Positions 19,774-28,970 of a DNA stretch of 56,631 nt are shown piece by piece (positions within the stretch are counted from its first letter, which is position 1; every line of letters starts with the position of its first letter). The notes beneath the pieces were generated by a model. That model made no database searches. It saw only the letters and a program-made list of their open reading frames with translations, and was not told where the DNA came from. This DNA is from Candidatus Bathyarchaeota archaeon (GTDB lineage Archaea; Thermoproteota; Bathyarchaeia; Bathyarchaeales; Bathycorpusculaceae): NCBI GenBank assembly GCA_037440545.1, contig JBBITX010000001.1:1-56631 (forward strand). Direction: 5' to 3'. A program made the translations under genes and the position numbers.

Positions 19774-20883
19774 TCACCTTAGATCTGTTAAATGTAAAAC
19801 AGCTTTGCTTATGAATTCAATATGGCTTGAGTTGACGCCGGGATGAACTGGAAGTGAGAAAACCTGTTCAGATGCTTTTTCAGTTTCTATAAGCCTGCGT
19901 TCTCCAAACTGCATGTAATAAGGCATAAGATGGATAGGATTTGGATAGTAAACTTCCGCTCCTATACCTCTTTTTCTCAGCTGTTCAACTATAATGTCTC
20001 TTTTTTCCCTGGACGCCCCTTCCATTCTGACAGTGTAAAGGTACCAGCTGTTACTGCAGTCTTCGCGTTCTTTTGGCAGGGATAGGCCGCTTGCATCCTT
20101 AAGTTTGGCTGTCAACTCATTGGCGTTTCTCCTCCTCTTCTCTAAAAAGCCTGAGAGTTTCCTCAATTGTACGCGGCCTATGGCAGCTTCCATTTCAGGC
20201 ATGCGATAGTTGTGTCCAAGGCAAATAGACTTGTATTTCTCTTTTTCTCCATGGCTTCTTAAGCTTTTGCATTTTTCAGCAATTTCATCGTCGTTAGTTG
20301 TTATCATGCCTCCCTCGCCTGTTGTCATATTTTTGCTTGCATAAAAGCTATAGCAAGCGGCATCAGCGTAAGCCCCTACATGCCTTCCCATATACATTGC
20401 CCCGTGGGCTTGGGCTGCATCCTCAATTATTCGTATACCATGTTTTTCAGCAACCTCTTTTATAGGTTTTATATCTGCTGGGGCTCCGTAAAGGTCAACC
20501 GCGATTATTGCCTTTGTCTTTTCCGTCACAGACTTTTCCACACTGAGCGGTGAAATATTATAGGTTTCAGGGTCTATATCTACAAAAACAGGCTTAGCTC
20601 CAGCCCAAACAACGGCTTCTGCTGTAGCTACAAAAGTAAAGCTTGGAAGAATAACTTCGTCCCCGGAATTTATTCCCATGCTTTCAATCGCCATGTGAAG
20701 CGCTGCGGTTCCGCTATTAACGGCTATCGCGTGTTTGGCTCCAACAAATTCTGCGAACTCTTCTTCAAATTTTTTAACCATTGGTCCGCGGCCAAGCGCA
20801 TGGGTAAGCACCCCACTCCTCAGAACCTGAACGACTGCCTCAATTTCCTCCTCGCCTATCTGAGGCAAATTTATCGGAATCAT
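19774..20883 (-). CDS. DegT/DnrJ/EryC1/StrS-family sugar aminotransferase
   Basis: ...AVNSGTAALH...DAAQAHGA...SFYASKNMTTGEGG (PLP lysine). Confidence 0.85.
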   Translation of the reverse strand: MIPINLPQIGEEEIEAVVQVLRSGVLTHALGRGPMVKKFEEEFAEFVGAKHAIAVNSGTAALHMAIESMGINSGDEVILPSFTFVATAEAVVWAGAKPVFVDIDPETYNISPLSVEKSVTEKTKAIIAVDLYGAPADIKPIKEVAEKHGIRIIEDAAQAHGAMYMGRHVGAYADAACYSFYASKNMTTGEGGMITTNDDEIAEKCKSLRSHGEKEKYKSICLGHNYRMPEMEAAIGRVQLRKLSGFLEKRRRNANELTAKLKDASGLSLPKEREDCSNSWYLYTVRMEGASREKRDIIVEQLRKRGIGAEVYYPNPIHLMPYYMQFGERRLIETEKASEQVFSLPVHPGVNSSHIEFISKAVLHLTDLR

Positions 20884-21187
20884 ATGCTTTCACTTAAAAC
20901 CTATGCACTACACATTGCTATAAAACCATCGTCTAATTAACAGCTCTTAAAATGCCATTTTCTGAAAGATCATGGGCATTTTTCATAACATATTTTTTAT
21001 CTTGGGGTTCTCCAGCTATGGGTGTTATTATATTCTAAATTAGGCTGGTCATTTTAATTTAAGTGACATTTGAAACAAATTTTGTAGCTGTGGATTTGGG
21101 TTAAATATAAGCCAGGGAAAAAGGGTAGTAATTATTCCTCGCAGGTTGAAAACTGGATTCTGATAAGTCAAAGCCCTTATTTCCATT

Positions 21188-21200
21188 AGAAAAATTTATA
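21188..21200 (+). promoter_or_regulatory. Putative BRE/TATA element of the thermosome gene
   Basis: AGAAAAATTTATA lies about 45 nt upstream of the proposed start. AGGAGG at 21232..21237 is a Shine-Dalgarno-like element. Confidence 0.3.
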
Positions 21201-21246
21201 TTGTAATGCATGTTTTTCATTGAGACGCATTAGGAGGTTGTTTGGT

Positions 21247-22905
21247 TTGTCATCACCCGCATCAACCGGAGTCCCGGTTCTAATATTAAAGGAAGGGTCA
21301 AGCCGTTCAAGAGGAAAGGAGGCCCAGCATACAAACATAATGGCTGCAAGAATAATTGCTGAGACTGTTAAGAGCTCTCTTGGCCCAAAGGGCATGGATA
21401 AGATGCTTGTAGACAGTTTTGGAGATGTAACAATAACCAGTGATGGCAGGACGATTTTAGATGAGATGGATGTTCAGCACCCTGCTGCTAAAATGATGGT
21501 TGAGGTGGCGAAAACTCAAGATAACGAGGCTGGAGATGGAACAACCACTGCTGTCATATTGTCAGGAGAGCTTCTTGGAAAGGCTGAAGAGCTTATAGGT
21601 AAAAACATTCACCCAACCATAATAATTGACGGATACAAGAAGGCTGCCGAAAAAGCTTTAGAAGTTTTGGAGAAGATAGCAATACCAATAGATTTGAAAT
21701 CAAAAGAATACAATGAGTATTTGAAGAAGGCTGCTATGACTTCTATGGCAAGCAAACTTGTAGCTGAATACAAGGATTTCTTGGCTGACCTAGCTGTTAA
21801 GGCTGTTCTGCAAGTTGCTGAAGAAAGGGATGGCAAATATAAGGTTGACATAGACGATGTTAAGGTTGAGAAGAAACAAGGAGAATCTATCAGAGATTCA
21901 ATGCTGATAAACGGCATAGTCTTAGATAAGGAAGTTGTACATTCGGGAATGCCTAAGCGGGTTGAAAACGCTAAAATAGCGATAATTGACGCTTCACTTG
22001 AAATTGAAAAAACAGAGTTTGACGCAAAAATAAACATTGAAAGCCCGGAGCAGATGGAAGCCTTCCTAAGACAAGAGGAAGCAATGCTGAAAGAAATGGT
22101 GGAGAAGATAGCTGCTACAGGTGCGAACGTCGTCTTATGTCAAAAGGGCATAGACGACATGGCTCAACATTTCTTAGCGAGGCGAGGCATCCTCGCAGTG
22201 AGAAGGATTAAGAAGTCTGACGTAGAGAAACTAGCGAAGGCTTCAGGTGGAAAAATTATAACAAATTTAGATGACATAAGCCCTGCTGATTTGGGGTACG
22301 CAAGCCTCGTGGAGGAGCGCAAAATAGGCGAGGACAAAATGACGTTTGTTGAAGGTTGCAAGAATCCGCGCTCTGTCACAATCTTAATCAGGGGTGCTAC
22401 GGAGCGGATAGTAGATGAGGCCGAGCGTTCAGTGCATGACGCCTTATGCGTCGTCAGAGACATAGTTGAAGAGCCCAAAATTTTAGCTGGAGGCGGAGCT
22501 CCTGAACTTGAAATTTCACGAGCTCTCAAAAAATATGCTGAAACCCTTCATGGAAAAGAACAGCTTGCTGTTAAGAGCTTTGCCGAGGCTGTAGAAGCTA
22601 TACCTTCAACACTTGCAGAGAACGCTGGTTTAGACCCTATCGACATACTCTCAGAGTTAAGGGCAAGACATGAAAAAGGTGAAACATGGACAGGAGTGGA
22701 AGTTAACACAGGAAAGGTTCAAGGCATGATTGAGGCCGGCGTTTTCGAGCCCATATCAGTGAAAAAACAGGTAATAAAATCTGCCTCTGAAGCTGCCTCC
22801 ATGATCCTGAAAATTGACGATGTCATAGCAGCTGGAAAAGCAAAAACTCCCCCGATGCCTTCAAAAACTCCCGGAGGCGAATATCCAGGCGCTGGGGAGT
22901 ATTAA
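21247..22905 (+). CDS. ths: Thermosome subunit (group II chaperonin)
   Basis: [33 protein letters not shown] and GDGTTT motifs. Start proposed at TTG 21247, 9 nt after AGGAGG; the tracked ORF begins at 21220. Confidence 0.9.
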   Translation: MSSPASTGVPVLILKEGSSRSRGKEAQHTNIMAARIIAETVKSSLGPKGMDKMLVDSFGDVTITSDGRTILDEMDVQHPAAKMMVEVAKTQDNEAGDGTTTAVILSGELLGKAEELIGKNIHPTIIIDGYKKAAEKALEVLEKIAIPIDLKSKEYNEYLKKAAMTSMASKLVAEYKDFLADLAVKAVLQVAEERDGKYKVDIDDVKVEKKQGESIRDSMLINGIVLDKEVVHSGMPKRVENAKIAIIDASLEIEKTEFDAKINIESPEQMEAFLRQEEAMLKEMVEKIAATGANVVLCQKGIDDMAQHFLARRGILAVRRIKKSDVEKLAKASGGKIITNLDDISPADLGYASLVEERKIGEDKMTFVEGCKNPRSVTILIRGATERIVDEAERSVHDALCVVRDIVEEPKILAGGGAPELEISRALKKYAETLHGKEQLAVKSFAEAVEAIPSTLAENAGLDPIDILSELRARHEKGETWTGVEVNTGKVQGMIEAGVFEPISVKKQVIKSASEAASMILKIDDVIAAGKAKTPPMPSKTPGGEYPGAGEY

Positions 22906-22926
22906 AAGACGTCTACAGAGAAAAAA

Positions 22927-23169
22927 ATCCTGATAGGTCCTCCAAAGCTTACTCGTTTCGAGAAGGCAAGGGTGGTAGGTGCCAGAGCACTTCAAATCTC
23001 CATGGGGGCTCCAATTCTAATAGAAACTCCGGAAAGCTCTACTTTAAGCCCGATAGATATAGCCCTTAAGGAGCTTGAAGCTGGAGTTTTACCTATAACA
23101 ATTAGGCGAACACTTCCAGACGGTACATATCAAGACATACCTCTTAAATGGCTTTTAGAGGGCAAATAA
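22927..23169 (+). CDS. rpoK: DNA-directed RNA polymerase subunit K (Rpo6)
   Basis: [26 protein letters not shown]...GVLPITIRR. The start is unresolved. The conserved LTRFEKAR lies upstream of the first canonical start (GTG 22972), and only ATC 22927, CTG 22930 and ATA 22933 are available after the in-frame TAA at 22903. Confidence 0.7.
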   Translation: MLIGPPKLTRFEKARVVGARALQISMGAPILIETPESSTLSPIDIALKELEAGVLPITIRRTLPDGTYQDIPLKWLLEGK

Positions 23170-23187
23170 CGTTTCCTTAAATATAAT

Positions 23188-23197
23188 TTCTTTTTTG
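23188..23197. terminator. Oligo-T tract between convergent rpoK and the Mut7-C gene
   Basis: TTCTTTTTTG about 20 nt after the rpoK stop. Archaeal terminators are typically oligo-T runs. Confidence 0.3.
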
Positions 23198-23229
23198 TCT
23201 TGAAAGTTTATTGATTGTAGTTTCCTTTT

Positions 23230-23706
23230 TCACAGTTTGTTAAGGAATTCTTTAGCTTCTTCAAGCGTTTTCCTAATTCTTTTCCAATGGGCTCCCTGCC
23301 AGTATATCTGTCCACATTTTGGGCACTCCCAGAACTCGTTGTAATAGGAGAACGTGCTCTTTTCAACTTTACCTTCAACGTTCTCCTTTAACGTCGGCTT
23401 TACCTTCGTATTGCATTTTGGGCATCTGGATGAGGTCATATCTACCTCAAGTTTTACGCCGAATCTTTTCGAAAGTTTTGCAAGTTTTTCACCCTCTGTT
23501 TGTCCATCAATGTAGAAGGCTTTCACTCCTTTTCCTATGGCTTGTTGATAAAGCTCTAAATCTCTGGTTAAAAGAATTCTGTCCTCTTTTCTTGCTATTG
23601 CGATTAGCTGGGAATCATCCAGCTTGTTAGAGTATTTGACGTTATATCCTAAAATTCTAAGCCAACGAGTTAGTTTTCCAAGCATTCCGTTAGCCAGAAA
23701 CCTCAA
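23230..23706 (-). CDS. Mut7-C (DUF82) PIN-like RNase domain protein with C-terminal zinc ribbon
   Basis: MRFLANGMLGKLTRWLRILGY N-terminus and CPKCN...CPKCG. It has a 4-nt overlap with pyrC. Confidence 0.75.
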   Translation of the reverse strand: MRFLANGMLGKLTRWLRILGYNVKYSNKLDDSQLIAIARKEDRILLTRDLELYQQAIGKGVKAFYIDGQTEGEKLAKLSKRFGVKLEVDMTSSRCPKCNTKVKPTLKENVEGKVEKSTFSYYNEFWECPKCGQIYWQGAHWKRIRKTLEEAKEFLNKL

Positions 23707-25058
23707 TAATACATTTTCCTCCTAACTATTTCTCCGCTTCCAGCCTCTGCAACTATATCGCCATCATCCATAACTAATTTTCCACAAACAAAGGTTTTAA
23801 CAGGTTTTCCTTTCACACGCCTGCCATCGAATGGGGAATACTTAGCTTTAGAATAAAACTTTGAAGAGTCAATTATACCCTCTTTTTTTGGGTCGATAAC
23901 AACTAAGTCAGCTTTATTGCCCTCTTTTAGGCTTCCCCTTCCCTTTAACCCAAAGATTTTCGAAGGATTTTCTGCCATTAGCTTAACTATTTCAGCTATA
24001 GAAAGCCTTTTCCTGTTCATTTCAGTCAGTAGGAGTGGAAGGGTTGTTTCAAGTCCCGGAATTCCTACATTAACCTCCCAAACGCTGCTTTTAATCTTCT
24101 CTTCGACGGTGTGAGGTGCATGATCTGAGGAGATAACGTCAATTAATCCCCTCTTCAGCCCCATCCAAAGAGCTTCTACTTGAACTTTCTCCCTTAAAGG
24201 AGGCGCTGTCAAACCTAAGGTTCCAAACTTTTTAAGATCGTCTATGGATAGGAGTAGATGATGGGGAGTTACCTCACATGTAACTGGCGCTGCAACCTTT
24301 TTTTTATGGCATATGGCTTCAAGGCTCTCTTCCGTGCTTATGTGGCAAATATGTGCGCTTTTTCCAGCTTTATTAACAATAGCCAATACACGCTTCACGG
24401 CTTTAACTTCAGCGTCCTTTGAATGTACTTTAAGAAAAGCTTCTACATCATTAAAGCCGTTACGTTTAAGAACTTCCTGGGCTTTTTTTAGTGATTCGTT
24501 ATCTTCGCTGTGGACAGCTATGGGAATCATGGGCGCAACCATTTTAAAAGCTTCTATTATAGCTTGATCATCATTTATGTTCAACCCGCCCTTTTGCTCG
24601 TTTAAAAATAGTTTAAAGGCTAAAACTCCTTCCTTAACCAATTTGCCTATTTCCTGAAGGTCTTCTGGAAATTCACAGTAGAAACCAACGTTAACCAAAA
24701 TCTTACCTCTAGCCGATGTCATCCTATTTCTAAGCGTTTCCAAACTCATTGTCACCGGTTCATTGTTTGGCATGTCAAGAACTGTTGTTATACCTCCAGC
24801 TGCAGCCGCGGCAGTTCCGCTGTAAAAGTCCTCCTTGTAAGCCTTTCCCTCATCCCTTAAGTGTACATGGACATCTATTAATCCTGGGAGTGCAAGCAAA
24901 TTATTTAAGCTAAGTCTTTTATATGCTTGAGGCATGCTTGCCTCCTTTCCAATTTTAACAATTTCTCCATTTTTTATGGCTAGGCAACATTCTTCTACCC
25001 TGTTGTTTATGTAGGCTTTTAATTCTGTTAAGACTAGGTCGACATTCAAATTGTTCAT
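23703..25058 (-). CDS. pyrC: Dihydroorotase (cyclic amidohydrolase family)
   Basis: PGLIDVHVHLRDEG and ..SDHAPH.. motifs. Distinguishing dihydroorotase from allantoinase or hydantoinase is not possible by eye. Confidence 0.75.
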   Translation of the reverse strand: MNNLNVDLVLTELKAYINNRVEECCLAIKNGEIVKIGKEASMPQAYKRLSLNNLLALPGLIDVHVHLRDEGKAYKEDFYSGTAAAAAGGITTVLDMPNNEPVTMSLETLRNRMTSARGKILVNVGFYCEFPEDLQEIGKLVKEGVLAFKLFLNEQKGGLNINDDQAIIEAFKMVAPMIPIAVHSEDNESLKKAQEVLKRNGFNDVEAFLKVHSKDAEVKAVKRVLAIVNKAGKSAHICHISTEESLEAICHKKKVAAPVTCEVTPHHLLLSIDDLKKFGTLGLTAPPLREKVQVEALWMGLKRGLIDVISSDHAPHTVEEKIKSSVWEVNVGIPGLETTLPLLLTEMNRKRLSIAEIVKLMAENPSKIFGLKGRGSLKEGNKADLVVIDPKKEGIIDSSKFYSKAKYSPFDGRRVKGKPVKTFVCGKLVMDDGDIVAEAGSGEIVRRKMYY

Positions 25059-25079
25059 CTCTTTATGTTTAGAAATTTA

Positions 25080-26498
25080 TTAAATAATTTTGGCAGAAGG
25101 TGTTTCGGCTAATCCGTTTTTTACAAGCGCTTTAACCTTATCTTTAACGGTTTCGAACAGTCTTTGGCTTATAACACCTTCCTTGTAAGCTTTTTCCAGT
25201 TTTTCCATGTCTAAGAGTTTTATCTTGCCGTCCGGCTGAATGCAAATGTCGACTTCTAAATCAACGTAACGCACTGCTTTTGGGTAAATCTCCATAGGCG
25301 TGTTAAGGTTTATGTAGGCTCCTTTCCATTTTCCTTCTTTCGAAAAGTAATTTGTTGTAATGTGCCATTCTCCAAACTTAGCATGGCTTATCGCCTTGTC
25401 GCCTATAACTTTTTCCACGGCTAAGCCGTTATAAAATCCATCTGATTTTATAGTTCTACAGTATTGTATTTCCTCTTCATTTAAAGTTTCAACAACTGCC
25501 TGTCCGAGTTGAATTGTTATTCCGCTAAGTTTAACATGCTCAACTTTAATCACTGAGCTTTCAGCTGGAAACTCGTGTTCAATCTGATCTTTAAAAAGCT
25601 TTTCTACTTCTCTTTTGTTCTGTCCGTTTTCCAGAAGTTTTTCAGCCATTTCAAGTGCAGCTGAAACTTTTCCTCCGCAGCTCTTGTAGAAGTGGTGTTT
25701 CTCAATTGTGGGGGCTGTAGAGGCTCTTAGCTCGTCCAACCTTTTCTTTGATAACGATGGGAATTCTATGTTCATGAAATATAATCCTTCAATAAGAAGT
25801 GAAGGAGCGGTTGCGGATGCTGCCTTTTCACTTAGGGCCTTAACTTTTTCATTCAGCATTGAAACCTCTTTTTCCAGAACCTCTATAGACTGATAGGCTG
25901 ACTGTCCCCTCCATATTATCCCCCAGCCTTCAGGAGCTAAACGTTCACCTAATTCGTAAAGTTCAGCTCGTCTATCTGGGTTGGGAATTTTTATGCTCAC
26001 TCCAATCTTTCTTTTTCGCACAAGTATAGCGAAGTTTCCGAAAAATTTGAGTTCCTTTGTCAGCGCCGGATTTTTCATGCCTATTTTCTCTCTCTTAACC
26101 TGAACAACAACTTCCTTCGAGTTTTCATCTGAAAACTCAGATTTTGGGAGCAAGCCTAGTACGCCGTTTCCAATGTCCACGAAGAAAACATCCTTTTCTT
26201 CGGAAACTATTTTTCCTTTGTATATTCCGTCGACGCTTACACTCCATCTCCTTGTTATTGAATCTTCAAGAACAGAATGAAGGATGGATTGAAAGGCGTG
26301 AATTGCCTCAGCCGTTCCGAGGGCGATCACTCCTTGAAGGTCGCGTCTATCTTCTATCTCCACGTCTGGTAATTCGTTATTTTCCGGCAAGTAAAATCTT
26401 TTCTTAATTGTATGGGAAGGCTGCACAATTTGGAAGTTTTTTTCTAAAAGAAGCTTTGTCAAGGCTGTTGTGTATATTCCTCTAACTTTTGCCTTCAA
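25080..26498 (-). CDS. FAU-1 / RNase E/G-like RNA-binding ribonuclease (C-terminal DUF402)
   Basis: MKAKVRGIYTTALTKLLLE N-terminus typical of archaeal FAU-1, followed by an S1-like middle region. Confidence 0.75.
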   Translation of the reverse strand: MKAKVRGIYTTALTKLLLEKNFQIVQPSHTIKKRFYLPENNELPDVEIEDRRDLQGVIALGTAEAIHAFQSILHSVLEDSITRRWSVSVDGIYKGKIVSEEKDVFFVDIGNGVLGLLPKSEFSDENSKEVVVQVKREKIGMKNPALTKELKFFGNFAILVRKRKIGVSIKIPNPDRRAELYELGERLAPEGWGIIWRGQSAYQSIEVLEKEVSMLNEKVKALSEKAASATAPSLLIEGLYFMNIEFPSLSKKRLDELRASTAPTIEKHHFYKSCGGKVSAALEMAEKLLENGQNKREVEKLFKDQIEHEFPAESSVIKVEHVKLSGITIQLGQAVVETLNEEEIQYCRTIKSDGFYNGLAVEKVIGDKAISHAKFGEWHITTNYFSKEGKWKGAYINLNTPMEIYPKAVRYVDLEVDICIQPDGKIKLLDMEKLEKAYKEGVISQRLFETVKDKVKALVKNGLAETPSAKII

Positions 26499-26501
26499 GG
26501 A

Positions 26502-27539
26502 TTAACCAACCTTTTCCACTTTGTAAATTCCGTTAATCTTTTCCACTTTAAACTTGACTCCTAGAAGGGTTTCTGCAAGCCAAATATTGGTATCCAGATG
26601 CTCTGATATGGTTCTTGTAAGATACACTGATCTTCCTTTTGCCAAAGCTATATATGGGATAAGCATGTCCGCTAAATGCACGTCGACGGTTGCCTTCGAT
26701 TCTAGTTCCCTTAAAAGTTTTTCGGCAGCTTCTTTTCCAATGGTTTCGCTGGGTTTATGAATTTCTCCTATCGAGTCAGCGCCTAAAACGCATCCATTAT
26801 CTGACTCAGCCCACAAAACCAGGGAGCTTCCTTTCTGCAGGGGGTTTGACTTGTCGTTTATGGTTTGGATTTCAGCCTTATACCCCCTATCTGAGAGACT
26901 CTTATTCGCAGCTGCAGCTTGGCGTTCAGCAACTCTTCTTTCCGCTAAAAAAGTGCATACGGAAACCCCATTGATTTTTTCAAGTGTGCCGAAGCTCTCT
27001 AAAACTAATGGCTTTAACTCCCTGCATGGCTCAACCATGAGTGTTACTTCACCCATGCCCTTAGGGTAATAACCATACTTTTGAACGCTTATAAACGCGT
27101 TTATGCCCATGCGCTTTAAAACTGGGATAAACACGTACTTCATGTAATTTATTGTAGGGGAGTTAGGAACATCTGTCCCGCCCTTTAAAACGTGGAGTTG
27201 AACAGTGCTTTTTGCGAAAAGGCATATAGGTAGCACGGTCATTAAGAGCATAGGGATGCTCCCTGCAGTGCCTATTTCAGCCTCGATTCTTCCGCCTTCC
27301 ACTTCTTTTGGCTTAAACCACAACTCCTTTGAGTTAATTTTTGCGCCTTCCACTTCTGCTCTGCAAAGTTTTGCAGCTGTTAGGACGGCTTCCAAGTGCT
27401 GAGGTCTTAAACCGGGCTGCGGCCTTCTTTGCCTTATATTAACTATGTGTAGAGGCTGCCCTAATATAGCTGCCACTGCTATTGAAAGTCTAAGTATTGT
27501 TCCGCTTCCGCTTTTTAAACTTCCATCAACCTCAATCAT
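26502..27539 (-). CDS. rtcA: RNA 3'-terminal phosphate cyclase
   Basis: IEVDGS..SGSGTILR.S.A.A...G.P..I.NIR..R..PGL.PQHL. Confidence 0.9.
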   Translation of the reverse strand: MIEVDGSLKSGSGTILRLSIAVAAILGQPLHIVNIRQRRPQPGLRPQHLEAVLTAAKLCRAEVEGAKINSKELWFKPKEVEGGRIEAEIGTAGSIPMLLMTVLPICLFAKSTVQLHVLKGGTDVPNSPTINYMKYVFIPVLKRMGINAFISVQKYGYYPKGMGEVTLMVEPCRELKPLVLESFGTLEKINGVSVCTFLAERRVAERQAAAANKSLSDRGYKAEIQTINDKSNPLQKGSSLVLWAESDNGCVLGADSIGEIHKPSETIGKEAAEKLLRELESKATVDVHLADMLIPYIALAKGRSVYLTRTISEHLDTNIWLAETLLGVKFKVEKINGIYKVEKVG

Positions 27540-27630
27540 CCAAGCTTACCCCCTTGTTTAACTCTCTAGTTTTCAAGCAACTAATAAATACGCGGCTAAG
27601 TATTAATTTTGGGAGAAGGAAGGAGTCTGT

Positions 27631-28032
27631 ATGAACACAGATAGGGAGATTATTGAAAGACTAATTGACAAAATTGATGAGTTGCTGGTCGTCTTAAATG
27701 GAATAGTTGAAGATTTGAGGTCTGTATCTGCATCGCTAAAATCCTATGCTGTTCCACAAACACCCCGTCTAGCCCCTCCATCCATAATTACACCGGAAAC
27801 TTATGAGCGGGAAAGGAAAGCTGAGTTAGACGAGATTAAAATGATGTTTCCAGAAGACCTGGAAAGCCTACTAAACTTTGAAGACAAGGGCGAATACATA
27901 ATGGTTAAACCTAGACAGTTCTTAGGTTCTGAAAACTTCGCAAAAATTGCCTCCATTGCGAGGGGAATGGGAGGCGACTATATAAGCGCTGGAAAGGAAT
28001 CCCACTTTAGAATTCCAAAGAAAAAAGCCTAA
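27631..28032 (+). CDS. Hypothetical protein (N-terminal coiled coil, Pro-rich linker, small C-terminal domain)
   Basis: 133-aa ORF. GGAAGGAG lies upstream of the ATG. No family recognised. Confidence 0.5.
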   Translation: MNTDREIIERLIDKIDELLVVLNGIVEDLRSVSASLKSYAVPQTPRLAPPSIITPETYERERKAELDEIKMMFPEDLESLLNFEDKGEYIMVKPRQFLGSENFAKIASIARGMGGDYISAGKESHFRIPKKKA

Positions 28033-28308
28033 TCAGTACCTCACTTCAAAATTCTTAAACTCCCCAGCGTAATCCTCCCAGTAAACATCTACTTTTGTAA
28101 CTTTAGCCCCAGGCGGACCTATTCTACAGAATTCTATAAGCTCTCTGACTGCTTTCTCTTCACCCTCAAAAACTGCTTCAACCCTCCCATCAGAAAGGTT
28201 GCGAACCCAACCCTTAACCCCGCGTTTTCTAGCTTCATAACAAGTTTCAGATCTGAAGAAAACTCCCTGAACTCTCCCGCTCACATACACATGCGCCCGG
28301 GCTTTCAT
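28033..28308 (-). CDS. acyP: Acylphosphatase
   Basis: VSGRVQGVFFR and GVKGWVRNLSDGRVE motifs. Confidence 0.9.
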   Translation of the reverse strand: MKARAHVYVSGRVQGVFFRSETCYEARKRGVKGWVRNLSDGRVEAVFEGEEKAVRELIEFCRIGPPGAKVTKVDVYWEDYAGEFKNFEVRY

Positions 28309-28495
28309 TAAGCCACCAGTTAGCTTAGAGGAAGCGTAAATTCAAAGATTATTAGGCTTTAGGTTTTACTTTTTAAATTAACTCTTTCAAGGGCCTTTTA
28401 TCACCATACTATATTCCGTATTAAATTATAAATGTGCAAAGTGTTCATTAATTCTTTTTCATCTCTCTTTGGAGCATTCAGTACTCTTGGGGGGT

Positions 28496-28831
28496 TTAGG
28501 CTGTTTTCCTAAACTTTATACCTTGTTTTTCAAGGATTATGTCATAAACTTGGTTAACATCAAAATATATGCCTAGGTTTTCGTACTCCTGTTCGGTTAA
28601 GAACAGTATTATCTTAGGAATTGTAAATTGATCTCTAGGTGAGAAGAACGGAATTTGTTGTTGCAAAGCTTGAAGTAAGTCTTGGACAACTTTTGCCTCT
28701 TCTGTCTGAGGTCTTATGGCGAAATGTGGGATTTGGCGCTCTTCAACGAGTTCTATGCGCTTTCCAAGGTTGCCGTCAATGTCACGTATAGATTCGATTT
28801 TATTTACCCTAACACGAAACATGTATATCAT
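28496..28831 (-). CDS. Hypothetical protein
   Basis: 111-aa ORF isolated between two AT-rich gaps. No family recognised. Confidence 0.45.
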   Translation of the reverse strand: MIYMFRVRVNKIESIRDIDGNLGKRIELVEERQIPHFAIRPQTEEAKVVQDLLQALQQQIPFFSPRDQFTIPKIILFLTEQEYENLGIYFDVNQVYDIILEKQGIKFRKTA

Positions 28832-28970
28832 TTTAGAAAAGTTGAAACAAGTATTTAGGCTTTAATAAAATAATGTTTCGCTTATTCACTCCCCATACGT
28901 CTATAATTAATTCCAGAAACTGTGAAAAGAAGAGGCTTAATTTGAGCATTATTGCTTGATATGCATCTGT

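Noticed and set aside
21220-21246. Tracked thermosome start at TTG 21220 ([10 protein letters not shown]...).
   Set aside because: That start would place the AGGAGG element inside the coding region and add a basic extension not seen in thermosomes. TTG 21247 (or 21238), downstream of AGGAGG, fits the conserved ...[11 protein letters not shown]-terminus better.
22871-22945. Possible BHB-type intron linking an upstream ATG to rpoK, based on the GGAGG (22873..22877) / CCUCC (22939..22943) pairing.
   Set aside because: Excision lengths for the possible registers (65 or 67 nt) break the frame and would truncate the thermosome C-terminus. No flanking 3-nt bulge geometry could be drawn.
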